DNA of 64,000 bases from Eledone cirrhosa. Taxonomy: Eukaryota. Both the position numbers and the translations under genes were made by a program. Shown piece by piece: positions 50,985 through 64,000 of this stretch. The notes under the pieces were generated by a model that did not search any database, was not told the DNA's origin, and saw only the letters and a program-made list of their open reading frames with translations. The DNA lies in NCBI GenBank assembly GCA_964016885.1, contig CAXHJY010001254.1, positions 1-64,000 on the forward strand, written 5' to 3'. Positions within the stretch are counted from its first letter, which is position 1; each line of letters starts with the position of its first letter.

Positions 50985-53080
50985 GCAGGAGTTACCCATT
51001 ACAAAATCGGCAAGTGGGTTGTTATAGCCCTAGTCTACCCCCCCCCCCCCCGGGTCATTATGGGGTTTGAGGGCGAGGTAAGTCCTACGCAATCTGTGTT
51101 TACATGCAGTAACCAGTTCATCTTTCTTGTTTAGGAGTTGGTCTGTCGAAAACAGCATTTGTAAAGTTTCCTCCGAGCATAAATTGCACGGACGGCGTCC
51201 TCCCGTGTAAGAGTTGGCTCTGGACAGTAATTTCCAAGTGAGATCATAGGTAATGTTGTTATCCTTGAGGTCCCATATGTGGCCCGAAAGTGTAGTGGCG
51301 TGACGCCGGGCCGGGTTTCGGAAGGTATGTCTGTGTTGGTATAGCCAGGTCTTGAAGTCACATGCGGTTAATCCTATATAAGCTTTGTTGGAGGTGTCCA
51401 TCCTCACGTTACACTGGTAGATCTCATTACAATCTCTGCATCTGTTGTCGAGGGGGAAAATGGATCCATCAGGAGTGTTGCATCTCCTGGTCGGCTCTCC
51501 ACTGCTATTTAGGTTATTTCTTCCATAGGGGTTGAGTTTTTTGTTGTTGGAGGAGACGATGTTTTGTGCAAAGTTTGGTGTAAGAGAGTTTGATGGTATT
51601 TTTGTTAATTATGTGGTAGCGGTGTTGTAGTGGGAAGTGTTTTTCAATGAGCCTAAAGAATATTTTCCCGATAGAAGTTGTCACCTCGGCGTTGTGGGGA
51701 GGATTGAACCATGTTACATTGCGTGAGCGGCGGTGTCGCCTGCTGGTTCCGCTAATGGGAGCTGGACAGTAGGATATTTCCTCCTGGAAACCACTCCGCT
51801 TGAGGGCCTGGTTGTAATAAGGCGCATATTCATCGAATATCTGCTCATTAGCTGACAAACGGGATATGCGGAGGGAGATGTTTTTAACCAGGTTATTGGT
51901 GATGTTCCTAGGATGGTTTGACCGGCGGTGGATGTAGTGCAGGTTGTCGTTAGGTTTCCTGTATGGGTAGTACAGATCATTAGCGAGGTCGAGGGTAACG
52001 TCCAGGAAGTTTACTCGGGTCAGGGACGTTTGTAGGGTTATTTTAAATCCCCAGTCGCGGAAGAAGCTGATTAATTGTTTATGGACCCGATCTGTACTAC
52101 TAGGGTTGTACCCTTTAAGGGTAAGGAGCCCATCATCACAGTACAATCCACCGCCGAATGCAGGAAACATATCGGTGAGTTTGGCTATTAGGAAACATCC
52201 TATAAGATCTGTGACCTCAGCCGAATCCGTCGCGCCCATGCTGACGTCGAAGGGTGAGTCGGGAGCTCTTTTTATCCATTTGGAGTTGTCAAAGAGTAAG
52301 ACTGTCTTCCTGGCGTGGAGGATGATGTTTCTTTCCTGGTCGGTGATGGGCGCAAGTGTTTCGGCGAAGTCCAAGGCAGCCGTAAGTAGCGGTAAGGTGA
52401 TTGAAGCATAGTAACTCTCTATGTCAAACTGGTGTCTCGTTTTTCCTCCATATTGCTGAACCAAGAGATTACTTCTTGGGTGTTGACCCATAGGCTAAGT
52501 CGGGCGTGTTGCTTAACTTTTGGTATCACGCGGTCTAGGATTTTTTTGCTGGTTCTCCCTATGTCGGACTTCGTTGGGTTTATGAGCCTGATAGAAGGTT
52601 TGCGGTCGAAATCGGATTTGTGGTCCTTCAGTGTGAAGTAGGGTGTCCATGGGTCTAGGCGACCCCGAGGCTGGAGGTAATTTGTTGTCCATCTCGATTT
52701 ATGTCCTCGATGCATGAGTGGTTAGCCTTTTTATAGGTGGAGTTTAGGCTGCTCCTGATCAGTGTGTGGTATCTGTCGGGGTTGACAAAGTAGAGGTTAC
52801 CAGTTTTATCCGAGTGCACCATGAAGTCGTTGGTGTTATCATACTCTGTTAAGTTGCTACGGAGTTTTTGTAGGAAACTGTTGTGTCTGGGTTTGAATTT
52901 AATGTTCTTGACCAGTTGGAAAAGGTCATTCTCGAAGGGTAAGAGCATAGGGTTTGGAAGGGGAGATTTGTAGGTAATAAATCCAAATCTCTCCTTGGTA
53001 CCGAAGTCCTGATTGTCGCAATATCTGTCGTAGAAAAAAGTCCTCCATCTAAGTCTTTTCGCAAATAGATCAATTTTTTG
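50985..53080 (-). pseudogene. Naiad-type PLE family B ORF (RT + GIY-YIG), frameshifted
   Basis: HSDKTGNLY, LKDHK..IRLINP, QFDIESYY, FDVSMGA, GLYCDDGL, NFLDVTL, AYIGLT, CNLCSEE, CKH. Confidence 0.92.
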
Positions 53081-53082
53081 CT

Positions 53083-53776
53083 TAACACATATTTATATGT
53101 GCGTGGTTTTGTATACCTATGGTAAGTGTTTTCGCGTATGCTTGTGTATGTACGTTTTTGTATGCGTGTATGTATTTATTTAATTTCTATTATTTCTGTA
53201 TTGTATGTATTTACTTTGTTCTTAACTCTGACGCGGAGATTCATTTGGTCTCCTAGTTGGAATTTTAGTCTACGACTTCTGCTATACCATTTACGTGGTT
53301 TTGTCTTTGCGTGCAATTGTTCTCCACGCTCCACATATGTCGTATTATCTTCGTTTTTTTCGTTCATTGCCAGAGAACGTCTCTATGAACCACCTAAGAG
53401 AACATTAGTCTACGACCTCACTTATACCATAAACGTGGTTCTGTCTTTGCGCGTAATTGTTTTTCACCGCTCCTATTAATGACGTATTATATTCGTTTTT
53501 TCCCGTTCTTTGCAAGGGAACGTTTCCACAAACCAAAGTATCGTCTTCCTGTCTTCCTCCGGTTGCAACGTTTTTTGAAATATCCACTTCTGCGTTTACA
53601 GATTGACTTTGTTAGTTTCAGAAGATCCCGTTAAGGGTGAAAGCAGCGATTCTTTGCTTAAACTTTAATCTTTTATTTTAATAAATATTTGCTCTACGGT
53701 TCTTATATATTTGATATATATTTATCCTTATCGAGCCCTCTTTGGATTTTAGTCTTCAAATTTATTATTATTACTA
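53083..53776 (+). mobile_element. Naiad-A 3'UTR/pLTR joined head-to-head to the family B element
   Basis: Matches about 17313-18003. Confidence 0.88.
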
Positions 53777-53779
53777 AAT

Positions 53780-53911
53780 ATATATATATAACAGGTATAA
53801 TATGCATATATGTATGTATATATATATATATATATTATATATATGTATAACAGGTATAATATGCATATATGAATGTATATATATATATAACAGGTATAAT
53901 ATGCATATATG

Positions 53912-53943
<32 letters not shown>

Positions 53944-54025
53944 ACAGGTATAATATGCATCAGGTATAATATGCATATATGTATATATATATATATATCA
54001 GGTATAATATGCATGTGTATATATA

Positions 54026-54085
<60 letters not shown>

Positions 54086-54248
54086 GTATAATATGCATAT
54101 ATGTATGTATATATATATATATATCAGGTATAATATGCACATATGTATATATATATATATATATATATATCAGGTATAATATGCATATATATATATATAT
54201 ATATATATATAACAGGTATAATATGCATATATGTATATATATATATAT
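53780..54248. repeat. Minisatellite (TA)n-ACAGGTATAATATGCA; further segments at 44725-44793, 50835-50935, 55203-55245 and 55615-55910
   Basis: The same unit flanks four insertion blocks. Confidence 0.9.
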
Positions 54249-55201
54249 AACGGAGGAAATGTGGTAAGGAACAGGTGAACCATAACGCACCAAAGTACTC
54301 AATACTTAGGGTAGTAGAGTGGGTAATAGGAACGAGTAGGACCCCGACGGCTGAGCTCAAGCCGTTTCGATGGCTAATTCTGGACTAAATGAAAATTTTT
54401 ATCCTGGTATTTGAATAGCCGATCTTCTCAAGGGGTAATTCCATATATGGTAAAAGTGATTGTCACAAGGATTGTGGCGGCACCCTTAGAGATAGTATTA
54501 GTATTCTTTTTCGGGATTCTGAATTATTATTTCGTATTAGTTTACTTTTTTGCACTGGGTGGTTGATGGTCTTGTGCCTGGGGTAGAAACCTTTATTTAT
54601 TATTTTGTGGTAATTTCTTTAGTATTTTGGCCCCTCACTTGTTGACCCGTCACCGTAAGATATACTCGGTTTATTACTTATACCTCTTAAAAGGGTCTCA
54701 TTATAATTCCGTCCCACCTAGTATAACTTTCTTTAGCCTAGCAGTACCAGTGAGAGACTTAGCTCGTAGTAACCAGAAATTCTTTATTTTTTTTTACATT
54801 TAATTGCTTTTTAACACTCTCGGTATTTTTCTATATATTTACCCCATATTGTTTTACTAATTGTTTCGACTTCCTGCTCCTCCCCCTCCCTAGTATCTTC
54901 TTTGACCTCATGCCCAACTGTAGTCGGCACTATCAACGCATGACTGGGTCGCCTCCACCCCCTCTCCCTCTTTCTCCCACTGGCAGGATCAGCTACCCCT
55001 TCCCTCCACAAATTGCCATCATAGAATTATGATGTCTCAACAACAAACTTTTGACCAATCCTTGTGACAATCACTTTTACCATATATGGAATTACCCCTT
55101 GAGAAGCTCGGCTATTCAAATACCAGGATAAAAATTTTCATTTAGTCCAGAATTAGCCGTCAAAACGGCTTGAGCTCAGCCGTCGGGTCCTACTCGTTCC
55201 T
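54249..55201. mobile_element. Two-armed family B pLTR insertion with U3-A8 HHRs (54341-54436 minus; 55094-55188 plus, G12 mutated)
   Basis: acccc-TTGAGAA-g.tcggcta..tagcc.tc-GAAAC-ggct-tgagctc-agcc-GTC-ggggt. Confidence 0.85.
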
Positions 55202-55247
55202 ATATATATATAACAGATATAATATGCATATATGTATGTGTATATAT

Positions 55248-55592
55248 ATCATCATCATCACCGTTTTACGGTGATGATGATGATGATGATATATATATAC
55301 ATACATATAGCATGGGTTAGACGTGTTGTCCTGTTGTGGGCAGTGTCTGGTTGGCTGACCATGCCTTGCTCATACAGTAACTGATTTGGCTTGATTTCTA
55401 CAGCTGGATGCCCTTCCTAACACCAACCTCATTTCCAGTGAGTGCTGGGTGCTTTTTCGTGGTGCCTACACGTCCACTTTACAGTGTGGGCTGAGTGCTT
55501 TTTTGCTGTGGCACCTCCACGACCACCTTGCAGTTGGAGGGTGTGGGGGCATATTGTCTATATGCTTCAGCTTGTACCCATGTGAGTTCGGG
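55248..55592 (-). mobile_element. RTE 3'UTR fragment plus a tiny tail-only palindrome (55248-55290)
   Basis: 55307-55592 is the reverse complement of about 45520-45796. atcatcatcaccgt-ttt-acggtgatgatgat. Confidence 0.8.
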
Positions 55593-55712
55593 ATATATAT
55601 ATATATCATATATATATATAACAAGTATAATATGCATATATGTATGTATATATATATATCATATATATATATATATATATCATATATATATATATAACAA
55701 GTATAATATGCA

Positions 55713-55757
<45 letters not shown>

Positions 55758-55773
55758 ACAGGTATAATATGCA

Positions 55774-55824
<51 letters not shown>

Positions 55825-56180
55825 ACAGGTATAATATGCATATATGTATGTATATATATATATTATATATATATTATATATAACAGGTATAATATGCATA
55901 TATGTATGTATACACAGTTCAAGAGTAACCAATCTTAAAGAGAGAGATGGAGATAGGAGAGGAGATATGAGAGGAGAGATTGGTGAATTAGTTAGAAGCC
56001 AAAACGTAATGGCATGTGCTCAATGTGCAATATGCAGTAGAAAACAGCTACGTGGCTGGGTTCATGCAGAAGTTAGGTGCGCAGAGCTGGAAATATTCAT
56101 TAGTTAAGCAAAACAAGTCCACAAATTTTACAAGGAAGACATTAAAAGATTGTCAACATACCTGTATGTATATATATATG

Positions 56181-56199
<19 letters not shown>

Positions 56200-56217
<18 letters not shown>

Positions 56218-59200
56218 AATTATATATATATATATATCTATAATTATATATATATATATCGATAATTATATATATATATATATCTATAATTATATATATA
56301 TATATCTATAATTATATATATATATATCTATAATTATATATATATATATATCTATAATTATATATATATATATATCTATAATTATATATATATATATCTA
56401 TAATTATAGATATATATATATCTATAATTATATATATATATATATCTATAATTATATATATATATATATATCTATAATTATATATATATATATATATCTA
56501 TAATTATATATATATATATATATCTATAATTATATATATATATATATATCTATAATTATATATATATATATATCTATAATTATATATATATATATATCTA
56601 TAATTATATATATATATATCTATAATTATATATATATATATATCTATAATTATATATATATATATATCTATAATTATATATATATATATATCTATAATTA
56701 TATATATATATATATCTATAATTATATATATATATATATCTATAATTATATATATATATATATCTATAATTATATATATATATATATCTATAATTATATA
56801 TATATATATATATCTATAATTATATATATATATATATATCTATAATTATATATATATATCTATATCTATAATTATATATATATATATATATCTATAATTA
56901 TATATATATATATATATCTATAATTATATATATATATCTATATCTATAATTATATATATATATATATATCTATAATTATATATATATATATATATATCTA
57001 TAATATATATATATATATATATATATCTATAATTATATATATATATATATATATCTATAATTATATATATATATATATCTATAATTATATATATATATAT
57101 ATATCTATAATTATATATATATATATATATCTATAATTATATATATATATATATCTATAATTATATATATATATATATATCTATAATTATATATATATAT
57201 ATATATCTATAATTATATATATATATATATATCTATAATTATATATATATATATATATCTATAATTATATATATATATATATATCTATAATTATATATAT
57301 ATATATATATCTATAATTATATATATATATATATATCTATAATTATATATATATATATATATCTATAATTATATATATATATATATATCTATAATTATAT
57401 ATATATATATATATCTATAATTATATATATATATATATATCTATAATTATATATATATATATCTATAATTATATATATATATAAAAATCTATAATTATAT
57501 ATATATATATCTATAATTATATATATATATATATATATATCTATAATTATATATATATATATATCTATAATTATATATATATCTATAATTATATATATAT
57601 ATATATCTATAATTATATATATATATATTTCTATAATTATATATATATATATATCTATAATTATATATATATATATATCTATAATTATATATATATATAT
57701 ATCGATAATTATATATATATATATATATCTATAATTATATATATATATATCTATAATTATATATATATATATCTATAATTATATATATATATATCTATAA
57801 TTATATATATATATATATCTATAATTATATATATATATATCTATAATTATATATATATATATATCTATAATTATATATATATATATATCTATAATTATAT
57901 ATATATATATATATCTATAATTATATATATATATATATCTATAATTATATATATATATATATATCTATAATTATATATATATATATATCTATAATTATAT
58001 ATATATATATATATCTATAATTATATATATATATATATCTATAATTATATATATATATATATCTATAATTATATATATATATATATCTATAATTATATAT
58101 ATATATATATCTATAATTATATATATATATCTATAATTATATATATATATATCTATAATTATATATATATATATCTATAATTATATATATATATATCTAT
58201 AATTATATATATATATATCTATAATTATATATATATATATATCTATAATTATATATATATATATCTATAATTATATATATATATATATCTATAATTATAT
58301 ATATATATATATCTATAATTATATATATATATATATCTATAATTATATATATATATATATCTATAATTATATATATATATATATCTATAATTATATATAT
58401 ATATATATATCTATAATTATATATATATATCTATATCTATAATTATATATATATATCTATATCTATAATTATATATATATATATATATATCTATAATTAT
58501 ATATATATATATCTATAATTATATATATATATATATAATTATATATATATATATATATATATCTATAATTATATATATATATATCTATAATTATATATAT
58601 ATATATATATCTATAATTATATATATATATATATATATCTATAATTATATATATATATATATCTATAATTATATATATATATATATATCTATAATTATAT
58701 ATATATATATATATCTATAATTATATATCATCATCATCATCAACGTTTAACGTCCGTGTTCCACGCTTGCATGGGTTTGGACGGGGGTAGTCCCACTTGA
58801 GGCAAGAGTGATTGTCTTGCTCGCATAGGACTGTCTGGCAGGTTTTCTACAGTTGGATGCCCTTCCTAACACCAACCACATTTACAGTGTGGGTCTGGGA
58901 GGTTTTTACCGTGTTGCCTACACGGCCACATTACAGCGTGGACTGTGTGTTTTTTTGTCGTGACACCTACACGATCTCATTTGTTTCGGCCTGGATGGCG
59001 CGGCACCAACATAACTTTACATAGAACGGGGTGGTGTGGATGGGGTGGGGGTGGCGGCGGGAGGGGTGTATTTTGTTAGAGATGCCTACTGGCAAGGCGG
59101 GTCTTCTCTGTTACTGAGTACCGCCAAAGGTCACGGTCCAGTGACATTGTCTTGGAGAGGTGTAAGTGTGTGAGGTCGGAGTTTATCAGCTCATCCCATG

Positions 59201-60798
59201 TTTTTCTAGGTCTGCCTATTCCGTGGCTACCGTCTATCTTTATTGCCCTGCACTTTGTAATACAGCTATCGACTTTCATGCGCATCACGTGTCCATACCA
59301 ACGCAGCCTTCTCTCGAGTAAACAACATCTGATCCCTCTTATCTCTAATTTTTTCCTTAGTTCGTTTATGCTTTGCCGTTCACGTATATTACTGTTACAC
59401 ATCCAGCGGAGCATGCAAGCTTCGTTCCTCTCTAGTCTGCGTATATCCTCTGCACACAATGCCCAGGTCTCACTACCATGCAACATTGCTGTTCGTATGC
59501 AGGCATCGTACAACCTGCCTTTCATTTTTAGGGAGAACCCTTTAGCAGCTAATAGTGGTATAAGCTCTCTGAACTTTTTCCAACCAGTTCTGACTCTAGC
59601 TACAGTACTTTCAGAGCACCCTCCCCCACTGCTGATTTTATCGCCCAGGTAACGGAAGCTGTCCACTATTTCTATAAAACCCTCTGCGCAATTGAAAGAG
59701 CTAGTATTTTGTGGGCACTTGCTGCTACTTATTGCACCAGAACACCGGCCACATGTAAAGTCTATGTTCTTAGTTAGCTTACCTGTGATCCCACTACGTC
59801 TTTTATGCACCCATACTTTGCATTTAGGACATAAGATGGAGTTTCTACCTACGCCTTTCCTACATACCGAGCACGACCATTTCCCAGAAGGGACCGCCGC
59901 CTTGTTTTCTTTCCTACAAACTAGAACTTTGGTCTTAGCCAGGTTAATTTTAAGTCCTTTTGACTCTAGGCCGTGCTTCCATGTTTGGAATTTCTTCTCT
60001 AGCTCGGCCATTGATTCCGCTATGAGTGTCAGGTCGTCTGCGTATAGGAGTTCCCATGGGCAGCCTGTCTTGAACTCCTCTGTTATAGCCTGAAGGGCAA
60101 TAATAAATAGTAGGGGGCTGAGAACAGAGCCCTGATGGACGCCAACTTTTACGCTAAACTCTTCACTATATTCGTTGTTAATTCTAACCTTGCTGACTGT
60201 TTCTTTATACATGGCTTGTATAGCCCTCACAAGCCATTCGTCAACGCCTAGTTTTCTAAGAGCCCACCAGATAATGGAGCGGGGGACTCTGTCGAAGGCT
60301 TTCTCCAGGTCGACAAAAGCTAAGTAGAGGGGTTTACCTTTAGCTAGGTACTTCTCCTGTAGTTGTCGTACTACAGGAGAAGTACCTAGCTAAAGGTAAA
60401 CCCCTCTACTTAGCTTTTGTCGACCTGGAGAAAGCCTTCGACAGAGTCCATATATATATATCTATAATTATATATATATATATATATCTATAATTATATA
60501 TATATATATATATCTATAATTATATATATATATATATATCTATAATTATATATATATATATATATCTATAATTATATATATATATATATATCTATAATTA
60601 TATATATATATATATATCTATAATTATATATATATATATATATCTATAATTATATATATATATATATATCTATAATTATATATATATATATATATCTATA
60701 ATTATATATATATATATATATCTATAATTATATATATATATATATATCTATAATTATATATATATATATATATCTATAATTATATATATATATATCTA

Positions 60799-60829
<31 letters not shown>

Positions 60830-60974
60830 CTATAATTATATATATATATATCTATAATTATATATATATATAAAAATCTATAATTATATATATATATATC
60901 TATTATTATTTATAAGCATAAAAATCTATAATTATATATATATATATCTATAATTATATATATATATATATCTA

Positions 60975-61005
<31 letters not shown>

Positions 61006-61128
61006 CTATAATTATATATATATATATATATATATATCTATAATTATATATATATATATATATATATATCTATAATTATATATATATATATATCTATAAT
61101 TATATATATATATATATATATATATCTA

Positions 61129-61163
<35 letters not shown>

Positions 61164-61244
61164 ATAATTATATATATATATATCTATAATTATATATATA
61201 TATATATATATATATCTATAATTATATATATATATATATATCTA

Positions 61245-61293
<49 letters not shown>

Positions 61294-61294
61294 A

Positions 61295-61336
<42 letters not shown>

Positions 61337-61413
61337 TATATATATATATATATAATTATATATATATATAATTATATATATATATATATATAATTATATA
61401 TATATATAATTAT
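56200..61413. repeat. (TA)n-TCTATAAT satellite (units of about 20-30 bp), interrupted by an RTE at 58729-60449
   Basis: More than 100 regular units on both sides of the insertion. Confidence 0.95.
58729..60449 (-). mobile_element. 5'-truncated RTE LINE (open RT C-terminal half 59076-60370) with a 5' foldback (60370-60449)
   Basis: AFVDLEKAFD, GVHQGSVLSPLLF, LLYADDL, FRYLGD, HGSETW. (ATG)n tail at 58729. Confidence 0.92.
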
Positions 61414-61632
61414 AGAGAATTTAGTATATCTACTAACATATGCGTACAGATGTACACTAATGCTAGCAAATACATAAGTTATGTCATAGTACCTAGGTGG
61501 TTCAATGCAGGAGGATGCAGAACAATAATATGAAAGACGTAAAATAAGAAAATTTTAAAAAGAATTAAAAAAATTAACTTACTTACTAAAATTTTAGTAA
61601 GTTAATTTTTTTAATTCTTTTTAAAATTTTCT
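61414..61632. mobile_element. Inverted fragment of the 523-nt HHR family with a small foldback
   Basis: Similar to 8549-8690 and to the reverse complement of 6370-6540. 61547-61592 is inverted at 61592-61632. Confidence 0.7.
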
Positions 61633-63140
61633 GATCCTACAGATCAGGGGAACATACCAGCCAGGTAGATTATATCCTTACCAGAAGATGTGACAGAGTG
61701 TCTGTTGTAAACACTAAATCCCTCCCCCATGAAAAATGCACCTCTCAACATAGACTCATAATTAGCGACCTCATAGTCAGGATGAGACGTACTCAACAAC
61801 AGAAGAGGACTATCCTCAGGAGAAAAATATGGAAGCTAAAGGACCCCACAGCCAGTAATAAATTTGAAAGCATATTACTTGATTCTTTCGACAGTCAGGA
61901 AGAGCAATTAGAGTCGTACAATAGAGAGGAACAGTGGGAATTCCTGAAAGCAAACCTGCTGATGGCAGCAGATGAAGTCTGTGGCTGGAGCAGGCCTATA
62001 GGCAAGAGGAGAGTAACTTGGTGATGGAACAGTAAGGTGGAAGAGTCGATCAAGGCCAAAAAGCAGGCTTGGAAAGTATGGGGGAAGTAGAGGAGACTAT
62101 CAAGTGGCCAGGAGGGAAGCTAGGAGACAAGTGTACTTTGCAAGAAGGGAAGCAGAGGCAAGAAAGTTCAAGCATGTTCTACAACGCGAGGACCTAAAAT
62201 GTGAGGTGTTCAGGATTGCTAGGCAATGTGTCAAGGAAAACCGTGATATTGTCGGGCAGAAGTGTGTCCTTAATGATGATGGTGTACTTGCCATAAGAAG
62301 GTAGCTTGGAAGTGTCACTACAAAAGGCTACTAAATGAGGAGAATAAATGGGAGAAAGACAGCCTCCCCCACATCAATCCAATAGAGGGACCAACAGTGT
62401 TAGTTGAAGGTAGTATAATAAGTAAGGCAATCAAAGATATGAAGACGGGTAAGGCACCTGGGCCTTCGGAAATAGTTGCTGAAATGCTGAAAGCTTCTGG
62501 AACGGTGGGACACACTATGGTTACCCGGATATAAACCATGTCATACAGAATGGGGTTGTTCCAAAGGAGTGGCGTAGCAGCATCATCATTAACTGCTACA
62601 AAGGTAAAGGAGATGCCCTAGATAGGGGTAACTATAGAGGCATTAAATTAATCGACTAGGTAATGAAGGTCATAAAAAAAGTAATAGAGCAACTGATAAG
62701 AGAGCGAATTGATCTAGATGAAAAGCAGTTCGGGTTTGTGTCAGACGCTCTTTTCATTGTACGATAACTACAGGAGAAGTACCTAGCTAAAAGTAAACCC
62801 CTATACTTAGCTTTTGTCGACTTGGAGAAAGCCTTTGACAGAGTCTCCCATTCCATTATCTCGTGGGCTCTTAGAAAACTAGGTGTTGATGAATGGCTTG
62901 TGAGAGTTATAAAGAAACAGTCAGCAAGGTTAGAATTAACAACGAATATAGTGAAGAGTTTAGCGTAAAAGTTGGTGTTCATCAGGGCTCTGTTCTTAGC
63001 CCCCTACTATTTATTATTGCCCTTCACACTATAACAGAGTAGTTCAAGACCGGCTGCCCATGGGAACTCCTATACGCAGATGATCTAACGCTATTAGCTG
63101 AATCAATGGTTGAACTAGAGAAGAAATTCCAAACATGGAA
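61632..63140 (+). pseudogene. Degenerate internal RTE ORF fragment (end of APE to RT), followed by a SINE fragment (about 63140-63215)
   Basis: QVDYIL..QHRLII, MKTGKAPGPS, KGKGDALDRGNYRGIKL, FVDLEKAFD, LLYADDL. Confidence 0.85.
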
Positions 63141-63319
63141 TTGTGAGGTTGTGAGTTCAATTCCTGGACCGTGCGATGCGTTATGTCTTTGAGGAAGAGA
63201 CTATATTTCACGTTGTTCCTTCTACCTGGAGTTGCGACCGATAGATAGTATTAGCAATTAGAAAGACCAATGGAAACATTGTTTCCTCGGTCCAATTTGA
63301 CGAATGTCGATCGTTCCAT

Positions 63320-63656
63320 AAATATATATATATATATATATTATATATATAATATATTATATATATATATAATATATTATATATTATATATAATATATAA
63401 TATATAATATATAATATATATATATAATATATAATATATATATATAATATATAATATATATATATAATATATAATATAATATATATTATATATATATAAT
63501 ATATAATATATATATATAATATATATATATATAATATATAATATATATATATAATATATATATATATATAATATATTATATATAATATATTATATATAAT
63601 ATATTATATATAATATATATAATATATTATATATAATATATTATATATAATATATT

Positions 63657-63700
<44 letters not shown>

Positions 63701-63758
63701 AATATATATATATATATATTATATATAATATATATAATATATATATATATAATATATT

Positions 63759-63802
<44 letters not shown>

Positions 63803-63897
63803 AATATATATATATATATATTATATATAATATATATAATATATATATATAATATATTGTATATAATATATATATAATATATATGTATATATATATT

Positions 63898-63942
<45 letters not shown>

Positions 63943-64000
63943 ATATATATATAATATATTATATATATTATATACATTATATATATAATATATATATATA
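63320..64000. repeat. Degenerate (TA)n tract
   Basis: Direct inspection. Confidence 0.95.

Noticed and set aside
55913-56165. Possible host exon in the unique-looking island
   Set aside because: No convincing splice pair or recognisable protein motif.

Overview
Eukaryotic, very AT-rich, gene-free repeat region. The tRNA-derived SINEs resemble, from memory and not from a search, those of Octopus/cephalopods. No host protein-coding exon is supported. About 1-34 kb and 44.7-64 kb are long (TA)n microsatellites and TA-derived satellites packed with retroelement insertions. These include several Penelope-like elements (PLEs; one near-full-length Naiad-type RT+GIY-YIG copy at 14246-18003), RTE-clade LINE fragments, a full-length CR1/L2-group LINE interrupted by a compact Gypsy-like LTR element (5-bp TSD, -1 frameshift signal), and a non-autonomous Helitron. 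34.3-44.6 kb is older degraded DNA (SINEs, mariner, hAT MITEs, minisatellites). The main hidden signal, read by eye, is about 27 type-I hammerhead ribozyme (HHR) motifs from about 12 sequence families. Two non-coding families occur as head-to-tail or circularly permuted 523-nt and 439-466-nt units with one HHR per unit (retrozyme/circRNA-like). Two families carry a non-canonical CAGANGA core, and three carry a U3-A8 core. Nearly every TA-flanked insertion is a two-armed divergent structure with both RNA 3' ends facing the TA tracts, sometimes joining two different elements. This suggests bidirectional reverse-transcription priming at a self-complementary (TA)n target. Coordinates are hand-counted and approximate at element edges.
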